Source: an uncultured Gemmatimonadales bacterium (GTDB lineage: Bacteria > Gemmatimonadota > Gemmatimonadetes > Gemmatimonadales > GWC2-71-9). From it: a stretch of DNA of 64,000 bases. The position numbers and the translations under genes are program-made. The notes beneath the pieces are model-generated. The model saw only the letters and a list, made by a program, of their open reading frames with translations, was not told the DNA's origin and ran no database searches. The first letter of the stretch is position 1; each line of letters begins with the position of its first letter. Shown here in pieces: positions 17,290 through 25,161 of the stretch. The DNA lies in contig CAVOOB010000002.1 of assembly GCA_963697435.1 (NCBI GenBank), positions 452,601-516,600 of the forward strand, in the 5' to 3' direction.

Positions 17290-18285
17290 CTAGTTATTCG
17301 GCCACTGGCCCCAATTGCTGCAATGGCCGCCGTTATCGGTGCCCTGCAGGACCTGGAGCGGCTGGGAATAAATCGCGTTCATCACGGCGAAAGGCGAGCG
17401 CTGGAGCCGGCCGTTGTTCTTGTAGGCGACCGTACCGAAATGCCCCTGGCTCAGGCCGTGACCAATCTCGTGGACGGCGATCGACTGGACATCGACGTTG
17501 GCGGCGCCGGTATTCGCCCAGCTGTAGCTGGGATCGTAATAGATTTCCCGAAATGCGGCGTCCAGCTTACCGTTGTTGTCGACATCGGTGAAGCCGTTCG
17601 CGTCGGTGAACCCGAAGGTGTAAGTGACGCCGAGAATGCCGGTGGCAAAGTTGAGGTCGCGCCACCCGGCGTGCTGGACATCGGCGAAGACAAACGGGCC
17701 GCCGACCGTGCCGCCGCTGAGTTGAAAGGCGACGACCCCGATGTCGAGTCCGAAGTCCGGATTCCGGCTCTGCCCGAGATTGGAGCAGGTGAGTGCTTCC
17801 CAGGAGGCGTGTCCCTGCTCGATGGCGGTCGTCGTCTGGGCCGCGGTCAGGCCGCCGAAGGGCGGCACGGCGTCACCGCTCTGGTCGATCGCATAGGTGA
17901 TGGCGTCGCCACCGGCGCCGCTCCACGCGCGCCGAGCGTCGCCGGGCACGAAATCGAAACTCAGCTGCTTGTTTCCGACGTTCTTGGCGAGCACCGTGAT
18001 GCCGACTTCGCCGCTCTCGGCGTTGGTAATGGCCTCGGCCATGGCGACCCGGTAGTCAACTCCGGCCGCGGCGAGCTGCACGTTGAGGGCGTCCATCGCG
18101 CTGGCAAGATCCTCGATTGTGGCTTCGCCCGAGACGCTGGAGAGCATCATGTCGGTCGGCGCCACTGCTGTCTCGACCGAACCGACTGTTGCCTCGGGCG
18201 AGGTGGTGGCAGCGTCCTGGCAGGCCGAGACCAGCACGGCGGCCAGGAGTGCCGTGACTCCGGTAATGAGTTGGGTACGTCGCAT
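17290..18285 (-). CDS. lipoprotein zinc metalloprotease (metzincin-like)
   Basis: ATG 18285: MRRTQLITGVTALLAAVLVSAC lipobox. Zinc site HEIGHGLSQGH. Confidence 0.75.
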   Translation of the reverse strand: MRRTQLITGVTALLAAVLVSACQDAATTSPEATVGSVETAVAPTDMMLSSVSGEATIEDLASAMDALNVQLAAAGVDYRVAMAEAITNAESGEVGITVLAKNVGNKQLSFDFVPGDARRAWSGAGGDAITYAIDQSGDAVPPFGGLTAAQTTTAIEQGHASWEALTCSNLGQSRNPDFGLDIGVVAFQLSGGTVGGPFVFADVQHAGWRDLNFATGILGVTYTFGFTDANGFTDVDNNGKLDAAFREIYYDPSYSWANTGAANVDVQSIAVHEIGHGLSQGHFGTVAYKNNGRLQRSPFAVMNAIYSQPLQVLQGTDNGGHCSNWGQWPNN

Positions 18286-18498
18286 CGAACCTCCAGAAGG
18301 GATGGGGGTGAGGGGCGCTTCCAGCGGGCACAATTGGCAGTGCCACTATCTTGGTGGAACGTCTGCGATGTGAGTGTCCTGAGGTTTACAGTATTTCCTG
18401 CGAGATGGCCAGACCCCGGCGAACGGCAGAGGGGACAGGTCCCATGCGCGGATGGCCGAAGCCGCACCGTTCGGTAGACTCGAAATCAAGGTGGCACC

Positions 18499-19200
18499 AT
18501 GAACGAACTCTGGGATCGGCTCTCCTACGGCATGGAACAGCTCAGTTTCTTTCTGCCGGCCATCCTCGGCGCCTGCGTGCTGCTGCTCGCCGGCTACTTT
18601 GTGGCTCGCCAGGTCGAGAAGTGGGTGGATCGCACCCTGACCAGGCTCAATTTCAACCGGGTGGCCCGGGAGGGCGGACTCGCGGATGTGATGGAGCGGG
18701 CGGAGCCCTCCCTCGATCCGGTGCACCAGGTCGGCAAGCTCGCCTTCTGGCTCGTGATGCTCGTCGTGATCCTGCTCTCCAGCGCCGCCCTGGGCCTCGA
18801 GAACATCAACGAGATGTTCGGCCTGATGCTCAGCTTCCTCCCGACGCTTATCAGCGCGATTGTCATCGTCATTCTTGGCATCGTGGTGGGGGAGTTTGTG
18901 CGGGGGTTGATCGTGGCGTCGGCGGGCAAGGTGGAGGGGGTGCCCACCCTGGCCCGGGTGTCGAAGGGCGTCGTCGTGATGATCGCGGTGTTCATGGCGG
19001 TGCAGCAGGTGGGGGTCGCCGAGGACATCGTGACCACGGCCTTTTCGCTCATCCTCGGCGCGGTGGCACTGGGGATTGGACTGGCCTTCGGGATCGGGAA
19101 TACGAAGTTGGCAGGTGAAGTCACGCGCCGGTGGTACGAAGAGGGGCGGCGCAAGCGGACCGAGCGCACGCGCTCCACGGACCCGACCCCCCCCTCCTGA
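18499..19200 (+). CDS. small mechanosensitive-channel-related membrane protein (conserved TM-helix repeat type)
   Basis: 233 aa with 4-5 TM helices and a basic C-terminal tail. The family call is from overall pattern only. Confidence 0.65.
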   Translation: MNELWDRLSYGMEQLSFFLPAILGACVLLLAGYFVARQVEKWVDRTLTRLNFNRVAREGGLADVMERAEPSLDPVHQVGKLAFWLVMLVVILLSSAALGLENINEMFGLMLSFLPTLISAIVIVILGIVVGEFVRGLIVASAGKVEGVPTLARVSKGVVVMIAVFMAVQQVGVAEDIVTTAFSLILGAVALGIGLAFGIGNTKLAGEVTRRWYEEGRRKRTERTRSTDPTPPS

Positions 19201-19234
19201 TCGTCGCCCCGGCGAATGCCGGGATGCATGTTCG
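19199..19234 (+). repeat. hairpin element copy 2
   Basis: GATCGTCGCCCCGGCGAATGCCGGGATGCATGTTCG, starting at the stop of gene 18499-19200. Confidence 0.75.
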
Positions 19235-19239
19235 CTCCA

Positions 19240-19275
19240 AGACAATCGACCCCGGCTTGCGCCGGCGTGACGGCC
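19240..19275 (-). repeat. hairpin element copy 3 (inverted relative to copy 2)
   Basis: Minus strand reads GGCCGTCACGCCGGCGCAAGCCGGGGTCGATTG. Confidence 0.75.
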
Positions 19276-19287
19276 ATTTGTACCTTC

Positions 19288-19326
19288 GCCCTCCCTGCCT
19301 CCCTGCCTCCCTGCCTCCCTGCCTCC
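19288..19326 (-). repeat. G-rich octamer array (AGGGAGGC on minus strand), about 5 units
   Basis: Plus strand GCCCTCCCT (GCCTCCCT)x3 GCCTCC. Ends 6 nt from the CBS gene stop. Confidence 0.9.
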
Positions 19327-19332
19327 GCCGCC

Positions 19333-19767
19333 CTACCTGACGTCGAACATATAGCTGTTGAGGTACTTGATGGTGGCCGTCTTCTCCGCCACCTGGAAGG
19401 CCAGCAGGTCGCCGCTGGTGACGAGCCCGATGAGCCCCCGCGCATCGGTGATCGGCAGGTGCCGGATCCGCTTCCCGCTCATGATGGCACCACACTCTTC
19501 GATGCTGGTCTCGGGCAGGCAGGTGATGACGGGAGAGGTCATCACCTCGCGCACCTTTGTCTCCGCCGGACTCCGGCCCGCCGCCACCACCCGCCGCAGG
19601 ATATCCCGTTCGGTGAACACGCCGAGCAATGCCCCATCCTCCAGGACGACGAGGCCGCCGATGGTGTGCTGGTTCATGACCTGCGCGGCGGCGAGAACGG
19701 TGTCGGACGGGGCAATCGAAATGACGTCGCCGCTCTTGCGAGCGAGCAGGTCGCGGACGGTGGGCAT
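19333..19767 (-). CDS. CBS domain pair protein
   Basis: 144 aa with two CBS repeats (GGLVVLEDGALLGVFTERDILRRV; RHLPITDARGLIGLVTSGDLL). Confidence 0.9.
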   Translation of the reverse strand: MPTVRDLLARKSGDVISIAPSDTVLAAAQVMNQHTIGGLVVLEDGALLGVFTERDILRRVVAAGRSPAETKVREVMTSPVITCLPETSIEECGAIMSGKRIRHLPITDARGLIGLVTSGDLLAFQVAEKTATIKYLNSYMFDVR

Positions 19768-19820
19768 CGGCGCGCTCCTGAGGGGGTTGCCCGGATACTA
19801 CGCTGCGGAGCGGCGAGGCG

Positions 19821-20195
19821 CTAGCGGGAGCGCCTCCGGTAGCGCACGGCAACGACGATCGCGACAATCATCGAGCCGGTCGCCAGGGCGACCACGGCCG
19901 GGAATAGAACCGTCAGCGATTCCCCACGCGATGCCGCGGTGGCGAACATGCCGCCCACAACCGCGGCTGCCACTGAGATGAGCCCGAATAGTCGACCAAC
20001 GGCCCGGGGAGGACGGCGGGCGCCCGCAGCAGATCCGATGGCCAGATCGGCCGCGGCGCGAAGGTCCTTCTGGCTGGTGCCTGGATACTGCGCCTCGAAC
20101 TTCTCGACCTCTGTTTTGAGCCGCCGGCCAAGATCCTGGGCCCGCGCCGAGGCCAACGAGGCCCGGCTCCGCGGACCTATCGGGACGATAGCCAT
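19821..20195 (-). CDS. small two-TM protein, paralog 2 of a tandem pair
   Basis: Last 124 aa of track ORF 19821-21524, starting at ATG 20195. Shares SARAQDLGRRLK.EVE.FE.QYPGTS..DLRAAA..AIG with the upstream gene, followed by two hydrophobic helices. Confidence 0.55.
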   Translation of the reverse strand: MAIVPIGPRSRASLASARAQDLGRRLKTEVEKFEAQYPGTSQKDLRAAADLAIGSAAGARRPPRAVGRLFGLISVAAAVVGGMFATAASRGESLTVLFPAVVALATGSMIVAIVVAVRYRRRSR

Positions 20196-20200
20196 CCCGC

Positions 20201-20563
20201 CTAGCGCCGTGAACGCCGAACGACGGCGGCCAGGATCGCCACGCAGCCCGCCGCGATCACGATGCCGATGAGGGGCCATGGGGTGCTCTCGCCACCGTCC
20301 CCTGCGCGGGCCTCGATGAGAAACCCCAACGCCCCGAGCACGCCAAGGCCGGCGCCCAACAGGGCGGCAACCCGCCGCCTGGGCGGCACCCTCACCGACT
20401 CCTCGCCGATGGCGATCGCCGCGGCTGCTCGGAGATCGTCTCGGCTGGTGCCGGGATACTGGGTCTCGAACCTCTCGACCTCGGCCTTGAGCCGTCGGCC
20501 GAGATCCTGGGCCCGCGCCGATGCCGAACGCTGGGGCGGGACAACCACCGGGACGAAGGCCAC
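20201..20563 (-). CDS. small two-TM protein, paralog 1 of a tandem pair
   Basis: 120-aa track ORF with a GTG start directly after the stop of the 58-aa ORF. Same N-terminal motif and topology as 19821-20195. Confidence 0.55.
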   Translation of the reverse strand: MAFVPVVVPPQRSASARAQDLGRRLKAEVERFETQYPGTSRDDLRAAAAIAIGEESVRVPPRRRVAALLGAGLGVLGALGFLIEARAGDGGESTPWPLIGIVIAAGCVAILAAVVRRSRR

Positions 20564-20740
20564 CTAGAACTCCCGCTTCTTCATTTCCTTGAAGAGGCGC
20601 CGGGTCTCGGAATCCATCTCCTCCGGCTTCTGGCGAAGGGTGGAATCGTACTGTGCCGCGCGCTCGGCCACCGGGGGCTTGATCTTGGCGGCGTTCTTCT
20701 GGGCCAGCCGGGCAATCCGCTGGTCGTCTTTCTTGGACAT
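20564..20740 (-). CDS. 58-aa highly charged protein (candidate)
   Basis: Own reading: GGAGG about 4 nt before ATG 20740, TAG at 20564-20566. MSKKDDQRIARLAQKNAAKIKPPVAERAAQYDSTLRQKPEEMDSETRRLFKEMKKREF. Below the track cut-off. Confidence 0.4.
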   Translation of the reverse strand: MSKKDDQRIARLAQKNAAKIKPPVAERAAQYDSTLRQKPEEMDSETRRLFKEMKKREF

Positions 20741-20770
20741 CGGGCCTCCGTATCAGGGTCTTGGGGAAAT

Positions 20771-21841
20771 CTAAGAGGGTGGACGCCGATAGCGCAGGAA
20801 GATTATTCCGTCCGGCCGGACCTCCTTGACCAGCACCGCCTCGGGACTCGCTGCCAGTGCGTACCCGTAGCCATTGAAGGAAATCGACTCGATCAGCTGC
20901 CCGTCCCGGCCGATCACCTGGTAGCGGCGCACCGTGTCTGGAATGACCCGGCTCTTTTCCAGCCAGACCATCCCGTCGCCACCGGTGAAGGCGTCGTCGA
21001 AGGGTGGTTTGACGGGGCTGACCGGGACCTTTTCCGCCGCGGAGCGCAGCTCTGGCGGGAATTTGCGGAGGAAGGCCTCGCGGTCGGAGACGGTGATGGT
21101 GAACACCCGGTCGGGGAGCCGCTGCCCCTGCTTCAGCTTCCCGTCCGGCCCGATCCAGTCGACCCGGTTGGGGTAGACGCGGGCCACCCAGACGCTCCCG
21201 TCGGCGAGCACACCCCAGTGGTCCTCCCCGCTGAAGACGCGGCGCTCGAACCGGCGCCCGGCATCGGCATTCACTTCGGCCAGGTCGAGCGGGGAGAGCC
21301 GGAGGATCGTGTCCCCCCGCGAAAAGTCGGGTGGAAACCGGACCACGACGGCAGAGTCCTGCTGGCCGCTGCCGTCGGGGCCGGGCGGCGGGTTGATCTG
21401 GACATACCAATTGCCCCTGCCATCCAAGGCGCCCGGCAGCGTCCCCCTGGTGTTGTCCGGGGTCGGCAGGGCACCCGCGAAGTCGCCGCTGACGGTCCAG
21501 ATGCTCAACCGGCGGAGCGCCCAATCCCCGACATAGAGGCTGTCCCCCGCCCGGAACAGGGAGAAGGGGCCGTCAAAGGATTGCTTCGTTCCCTTGCCGA
21601 GATCGGTGATCGACCCGTCGGCAAAGTCGAGGAGGACGACCCGCTTGTTGACCGGGGAGAGTACGGCCCAGCGGTCGCCGCCGAGCCATGTGCCCGCGGT
21701 GGCCTCGAAGAGCGTCGTCGGTATGGAGTCGGCCTCGGCGCCCAGGGCGATGTCCGGGGCATCGGCGGCCTCGGGGCCGCAGGCGGCTGACAGGAGCACG
21801 ACCGCGAGAAGAGGGAGACGGGCGAGGCAAGAAGTCCGCAT
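20771..21841 (-). CDS. beta-propeller lipoprotein, paralog A
   Basis: 356 aa, lipobox LLSAAC. Shares VVRF, EDHWGV..DG..WVARV, KPPF and a C-terminal ..Y.V..RDG.L... pattern with 22427-23620. Confidence 0.7.
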   Translation of the reverse strand: MRTSCLARLPLLAVVLLSAACGPEAADAPDIALGAEADSIPTTLFEATAGTWLGGDRWAVLSPVNKRVVLLDFADGSITDLGKGTKQSFDGPFSLFRAGDSLYVGDWALRRLSIWTVSGDFAGALPTPDNTRGTLPGALDGRGNWYVQINPPPGPDGSGQQDSAVVVRFPPDFSRGDTILRLSPLDLAEVNADAGRRFERRVFSGEDHWGVLADGSVWVARVYPNRVDWIGPDGKLKQGQRLPDRVFTITVSDREAFLRKFPPELRSAAEKVPVSPVKPPFDDAFTGGDGMVWLEKSRVIPDTVRRYQVIGRDGQLIESISFNGYGYALAASPEAVLVKEVRPDGIIFLRYRRPPS

Positions 21842-21941
21842 TTCGGGAATCTAATGCCCGGAGCCGGAAGGGTCAGTCCCGAGATGCAACCCTTTGCGCA
21901 GTGGTGGCATCAAAGGAAGTACAGACAGAGAGGAGGTCCCG

Positions 21942-22148
21942 ATGGTCATGCTCGCCACAGACAGCCCGATCCCCACCTTCCGTCTGGTGGATGACAACGG
22001 GACCTCCGTCGGTCGAATCGTCCTTCCGGTCGCGGAGCGGATCAGCGGACGCGGAGCGGAGACGATTTACCTGCGGCGCGATCCGCCCTTCCGACGGCGG
22101 GGACAGCCCACCAGTTCAGGGCAGCACCGCTCCCTCACCCAGCATTAG
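21942..22148 (+). CDS. 68-aa ORF resembling the last blade of the neighbouring propeller paralogs (possible gene remnant)
   Basis: GAGAGGAGG RBS before ATG 21942. ..PTFRLVDDNGTSVGRIVLPVAERISGRGAETIYLRRD.. parallels the paralog C-termini (YYVFDSSGTLVKQVRLP...VVYLVRRD). Confidence 0.35.
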   Translation: MVMLATDSPIPTFRLVDDNGTSVGRIVLPVAERISGRGAETIYLRRDPPFRRRGQPTSSGQHRSLTQH

Positions 22149-22192
22149 CCAGGTGGGGGAGTTTGGCTTTGCAGTGGGGCAGGGGGGCGGTG

Positions 22193-22230
22193 ATCGTCAC
22201 CCCGGCGAACGCCGGGGTCCACGTTGCGGT
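22193..22230 (+). repeat. hairpin element copy 4
   Basis: GATCGTCACCCCGGCGAACGCCGGGGTCCACGTTGCGG. It appears as VTPANAGVH in the spurious head of track ORF 22163. Confidence 0.85.
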
Positions 22231-22275
22231 CGAGGTGCTCGGCGTCCACACGGAGTCCATCGCCCCTCCTCGCGG

Positions 22276-22304
22276 CTTTGCGTTGACAGCTCTTCAACGC
22301 CAAG
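22276..22304. repeat. related 11-bp inverted repeat (one mismatch)
   Basis: CTTTGCGTTGA cagctct TCAACGCCAAG. Shares the CTTTGCGT core with 23725-23769. Confidence 0.65.
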
Positions 22305-22426
22305 ACGCTAAGGAACCACGAAGGACGCCAAGGACAGCAGGAGGTTGGCCCCACCCCCCGCCGCTTGCGACACTGGGCTTCCCCCAAGCATCCTCCCTTC
22401 CTGAACCCACCCCACTCGAGGTCCTC

Positions 22427-23620
22427 GTGCCGCGACGCCAGTCCCTGCGCCCCGTGTCCATCATTCTCATCCTGCTCGGTGTCCTCACTGCCGGGAGCCT
22501 GTCCGCTCAGCAGCCAAAGGCCCCTGTCCAGACACTGACCAAGCCCGACGCCACCTTCGACGAGCCGTTCACCCAGGTGGTCGGGCTCCGGGAGCTCAAG
22601 AACGGCGACGTCATCGTGGCCGACATGCGCGACCGTACCCTGCAGAAGATCAACTTGAAGACCAGCACCGCCACGGCGCTCTCTCGCGAGGGGAGCGGCC
22701 CCGCCGAGTACGCGTTCCCCACTGGCGTCTATGCCTTCCCCGGCGACAGCACCGCCATCTACGACATGGGGAATCAGCGCTACCTCTTGCTCGACCCGAC
22801 CGGGAAGCCGGTGACAACTTTTCGGATGGACGAGGGGAACAGCGGCGGCGGGATGATGATCCTCCGTGCCGCCAGTGGCGCCGACAGCAAGGGACGGCTC
22901 TACTACTCGACCCGGGGTGAACGCCGGGGCGGCGGCATGGACGGCGGCCCCCCGGAGTTTTCGGATTCGGGGCAAGTAGTTCGGTACGATCGCGCCACCA
23001 AGAAATTCGACACCCTCGGCGTGGTGATGGTCCCGAAGCCCGCCGTTCAGGCGAGCGGGAGCGCCAACAACCGGTCCGTCAGCATCCGGCCCGTCCCGAT
23101 GGCGGCTGAAGATGCCTGGGGTGTGGCGCCCGACGGCCGGATCGGGGTAGCCCGGGTCCTCACCGACGAAGTCCAGTGGTGGCTGCCCGACGGGAAGCGC
23201 GTCACAGGGCCGGCGTTGAATACGACGCCGATCAAGGTGACCGAGGCTGACAAGAAGGCGTGGCAGGCGCAGGCGGCGCGCGGCGGCATCATGGTCAACA
23301 ACGAGGACGGCAGAATGTCCGTGAGCCCCGCGCCGAGCACCCCTCGGCCGATCGATCCCTCAATCCAGTGGCCGGCCACGAAGCCGCCGTTCCCCGCCAA
23401 TGCCGTCCGCATCGCGCCGACGGGTGAACTCTGGGAACTCCGCTCCACGCCAGCCAGCGATCCGCTGCCGCTCTATTACGTCTTCGATTCCTCGGGCACG
23501 CTGGTGAAGCAGGTGCGACTGCCCGCCGACAGCAGACTCGTCGCGTTCGGGAAGGACGTGGTGTACCTGGTTCGGCGGGATGCGGATGACCTGGAATATC
23601 TCGAACGATACAAGTTGTAG
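22427..23620 (+). CDS. secreted beta-propeller protein, paralog B
   Basis: Track ORF 22163-23620 trimmed to GTG 22427 (VPRRQSLRPVSIILILLGVLTAGSLSAQQ signal). The upstream part of the track ORF runs through repeat elements. Confidence 0.7.
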   Translation: MPRRQSLRPVSIILILLGVLTAGSLSAQQPKAPVQTLTKPDATFDEPFTQVVGLRELKNGDVIVADMRDRTLQKINLKTSTATALSREGSGPAEYAFPTGVYAFPGDSTAIYDMGNQRYLLLDPTGKPVTTFRMDEGNSGGGMMILRAASGADSKGRLYYSTRGERRGGGMDGGPPEFSDSGQVVRYDRATKKFDTLGVVMVPKPAVQASGSANNRSVSIRPVPMAAEDAWGVAPDGRIGVARVLTDEVQWWLPDGKRVTGPALNTTPIKVTEADKKAWQAQAARGGIMVNNEDGRMSVSPAPSTPRPIDPSIQWPATKPPFPANAVRIAPTGELWELRSTPASDPLPLYYVFDSSGTLVKQVRLPADSRLVAFGKDVVYLVRRDADDLEYLERYKL

Positions 23621-23624
23621 CGTT

Positions 23625-23662
23625 GAACTGAGGACTGAGGACTGAGGACTGAGGACTGAGGG
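23625..23662 (+). repeat. heptamer array (GGACTGA), 4 perfect + 1 degenerate units
   Basis: GAACTGA (GGACTGA)x4 GGG, starting 5 nt after the stop of 22427-23620. Confidence 0.9.
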
Positions 23663-23672
23663 CGACCCCGCC

Positions 23673-23711
23673 ACCCGTCACCCCGGCGGACGCCGGGGTC
23701 CATGTTCGTCC
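23673..23711 (+). repeat. hairpin element copy 5
   Basis: ACCCGTCACCCCGGCGGACGCCGGGGTCCATGTTCGTCC. Confidence 0.85.
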
Positions 23712-23724
23712 GTTCTTGCCGTTT

Positions 23725-23769
23725 CTTTGCGTCTTTGCGTTGAAAAGCCTTTCACGCAAAGACGCAAAG
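23725..23769. repeat. perfect 16-bp inverted repeat built from two 8-mers, 13-nt loop
   Basis: CTTTGCGTCTTTGCGT tgaaaagcctttc ACGCAAAGACGCAAAG. Confidence 0.85.
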
Positions 23770-23822
23770 AGGCGCCAAGGGCTCAAAGCCATGCCCAGCT
23801 CCCCGATTTCTGAAACGAGAGG

Positions 23823-25058
23823 ATGATGAGACAATTGGCGTGGGGACTCGCGTTGATCGCTTTGGTGGGGTGTGGGGAGAAGGGCCCGAAGCTTGATGCC
23901 CCGGTCATCACCACCCTTCCCAACGGCGCGGTCGAGGTCAAGAACAGCGGGCCGAGCGGGTGGGCCGACACCACCGGCTGGAAGCTGGTGGAGCTCTACC
24001 GGGTCGGCGGGATCGACGCCGAGGGACTTGGGGCGGAGGAACTGGTGGATCCGCAGAGCGTGGCGCTCGATGCGGCGGGCGGCATCTACGTGGCGGACCA
24101 GAAGCCGGCGGTCATCAAGCAATTCGGGCCAGACGGCGGATATATCCGGAGCTTTGGTCGGGAGGGGGGCGGACCGGGAGAGTTCCAGGTGGCGTTCATC
24201 GCCGCGGCGCCGGGGGCGCTCGCGTTGCACGATCCGCGGTCGAGCCGCACCAGCGTCTTCGATTTCGCCGGCAATTTCCTCAGGAGTTGGCCATCGAGCT
24301 GCTGCTACTGGTCGAACATCATGGTCAGCCGGGACACGGTGATCTACGTGCCGACGTCGGGGCCGAGGACCGATGACGGTGAACCGAACGACAATTACTA
24401 CATCCGCTACAAGCTCGATGGGACGCTGGTAGACACGATGAAGATTGTCGGGCCGGATCGCCCGGGCGAGGAGAAGTACTGGACGCTGGCGGGTGGTGAG
24501 GGAGAGAACAAGATGATGATGATGACATCGATTCCATTCGCGCCGGAGATTCGCACGCCACTCGACCCTGCAGGCGGCGCCATCGTAGCATGGACAGGGG
24601 AGTATCAATTTCAGGCGACGTCGAACGGCCTCGACACCACGCAGGTCGTTTCGCTGCAAGCGCCACGGGCCACCCTGAGCGACGAGCGCCGTCTCCACAT
24701 TCGCGATTCGATGGTAGGGATGTACGCAAAACAGTTCGACAAGAAGGCGGTCGAGGAGGCGTTCAAGGTCTCCGACATTCCAACCGTGGCGCCGTATTTC
24801 CGATGGCTCCAGGTGGATGGCCGTCGCAACCGGTGGGTGCTGCCGGACGACGGCGGCAATCGCGCCACTGCGCGCTTCGACGTGTTCGATTCGACCGGCG
24901 TCTACCGCGGCGCGGTGCCGGTGCCGCTTCTCTTTGGCAACTCGTGGCAGACGGTGTGGGGTGTCGACAGGGTCGCGACGATCACAGAGGACGAGGATGG
25001 ATTGCCGGTGGTGGTGGTGTATGGCATTGAGAAGCGAGGACTGCGGACCGAGGACTGA
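23823..25058 (+). CDS. beta-propeller lipoprotein (6-bladed/NHL-like), paralog C
   Basis: 411 aa, lipobox LVGCG. ..GIYVADQKPAVIKQFGPDGGYIRSFGREGGGPGEF.. NHL-like blades. Its stop codon lies in a GGACTGA repeat unit. Confidence 0.75.
   Translation: MMRQLAWGLALIALVGCGEKGPKLDAPVITTLPNGAVEVKNSGPSGWADTTGWKLVELYRVGGIDAEGLGAEELVDPQSVALDAAGGIYVADQKPAVIKQFGPDGGYIRSFGREGGGPGEFQVAFIAAAPGALALHDPRSSRTSVFDFAGNFLRSWPSSCCYWSNIMVSRDTVIYVPTSGPRTDDGEPNDNYYIRYKLDGTLVDTMKIVGPDRPGEEKYWTLAGGEGENKMMMMTSIPFAPEIRTPLDPAGGAIVAWTGEYQFQATSNGLDTTQVVSLQAPRATLSDERRLHIRDSMVGMYAKQFDKKAVEEAFKVSDIPTVAPYFRWLQVDGRRNRWVLPDDGGNRATARFDVFDSTGVYRGAVPVPLLFGNSWQTVWGVDRVATITEDEDGLPVVVVYGIEKRGLRTED
25038..25058 (+). repeat. heptamer array (GGACTGA-like), 3 units
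   Basis: GGACTGC GGACCGA GGACTGA. The last TGA is the stop codon of 23823-25058. Confidence 0.75.
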
Positions 25059-25161
25059 AGGCGACGCCTTCTGTCATCGTTCCTCGCCCCTCCCATTGCG
25101 ACCCTCCCCCCTCGCGGTGCATCCTTTCGAGAGCCGGATTCCCTGCCATCCCAGGATTGCC

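Noticed and set aside
18331-18354. Sigma-54-like -24/-12 element on the minus strand (TGGCACTGCCAATTGT) upstream of the metalloprotease gene.
   Set aside because: The GG-to-GC spacing is one nt longer than the strict consensus (TGGCAC-N5-TTGC) and the -12 element reads TTGT. No enhancer-binding protein gene is nearby. Too weak to call.
22163-22426. N-terminal extensions offered by the ORF track (22163, 13879, 40469, 55067-56377, 58798-59157, 4228 and others).
   Set aside because: The extensions are translations of repeat elements (VTPANAGVH, SPVLSPRS, VVSWFRGF, RTEDCGLR, DPGFRPSE). Signal peptides or lipoboxes, or conserved N-termini, begin at internal ATG/GTG codons.
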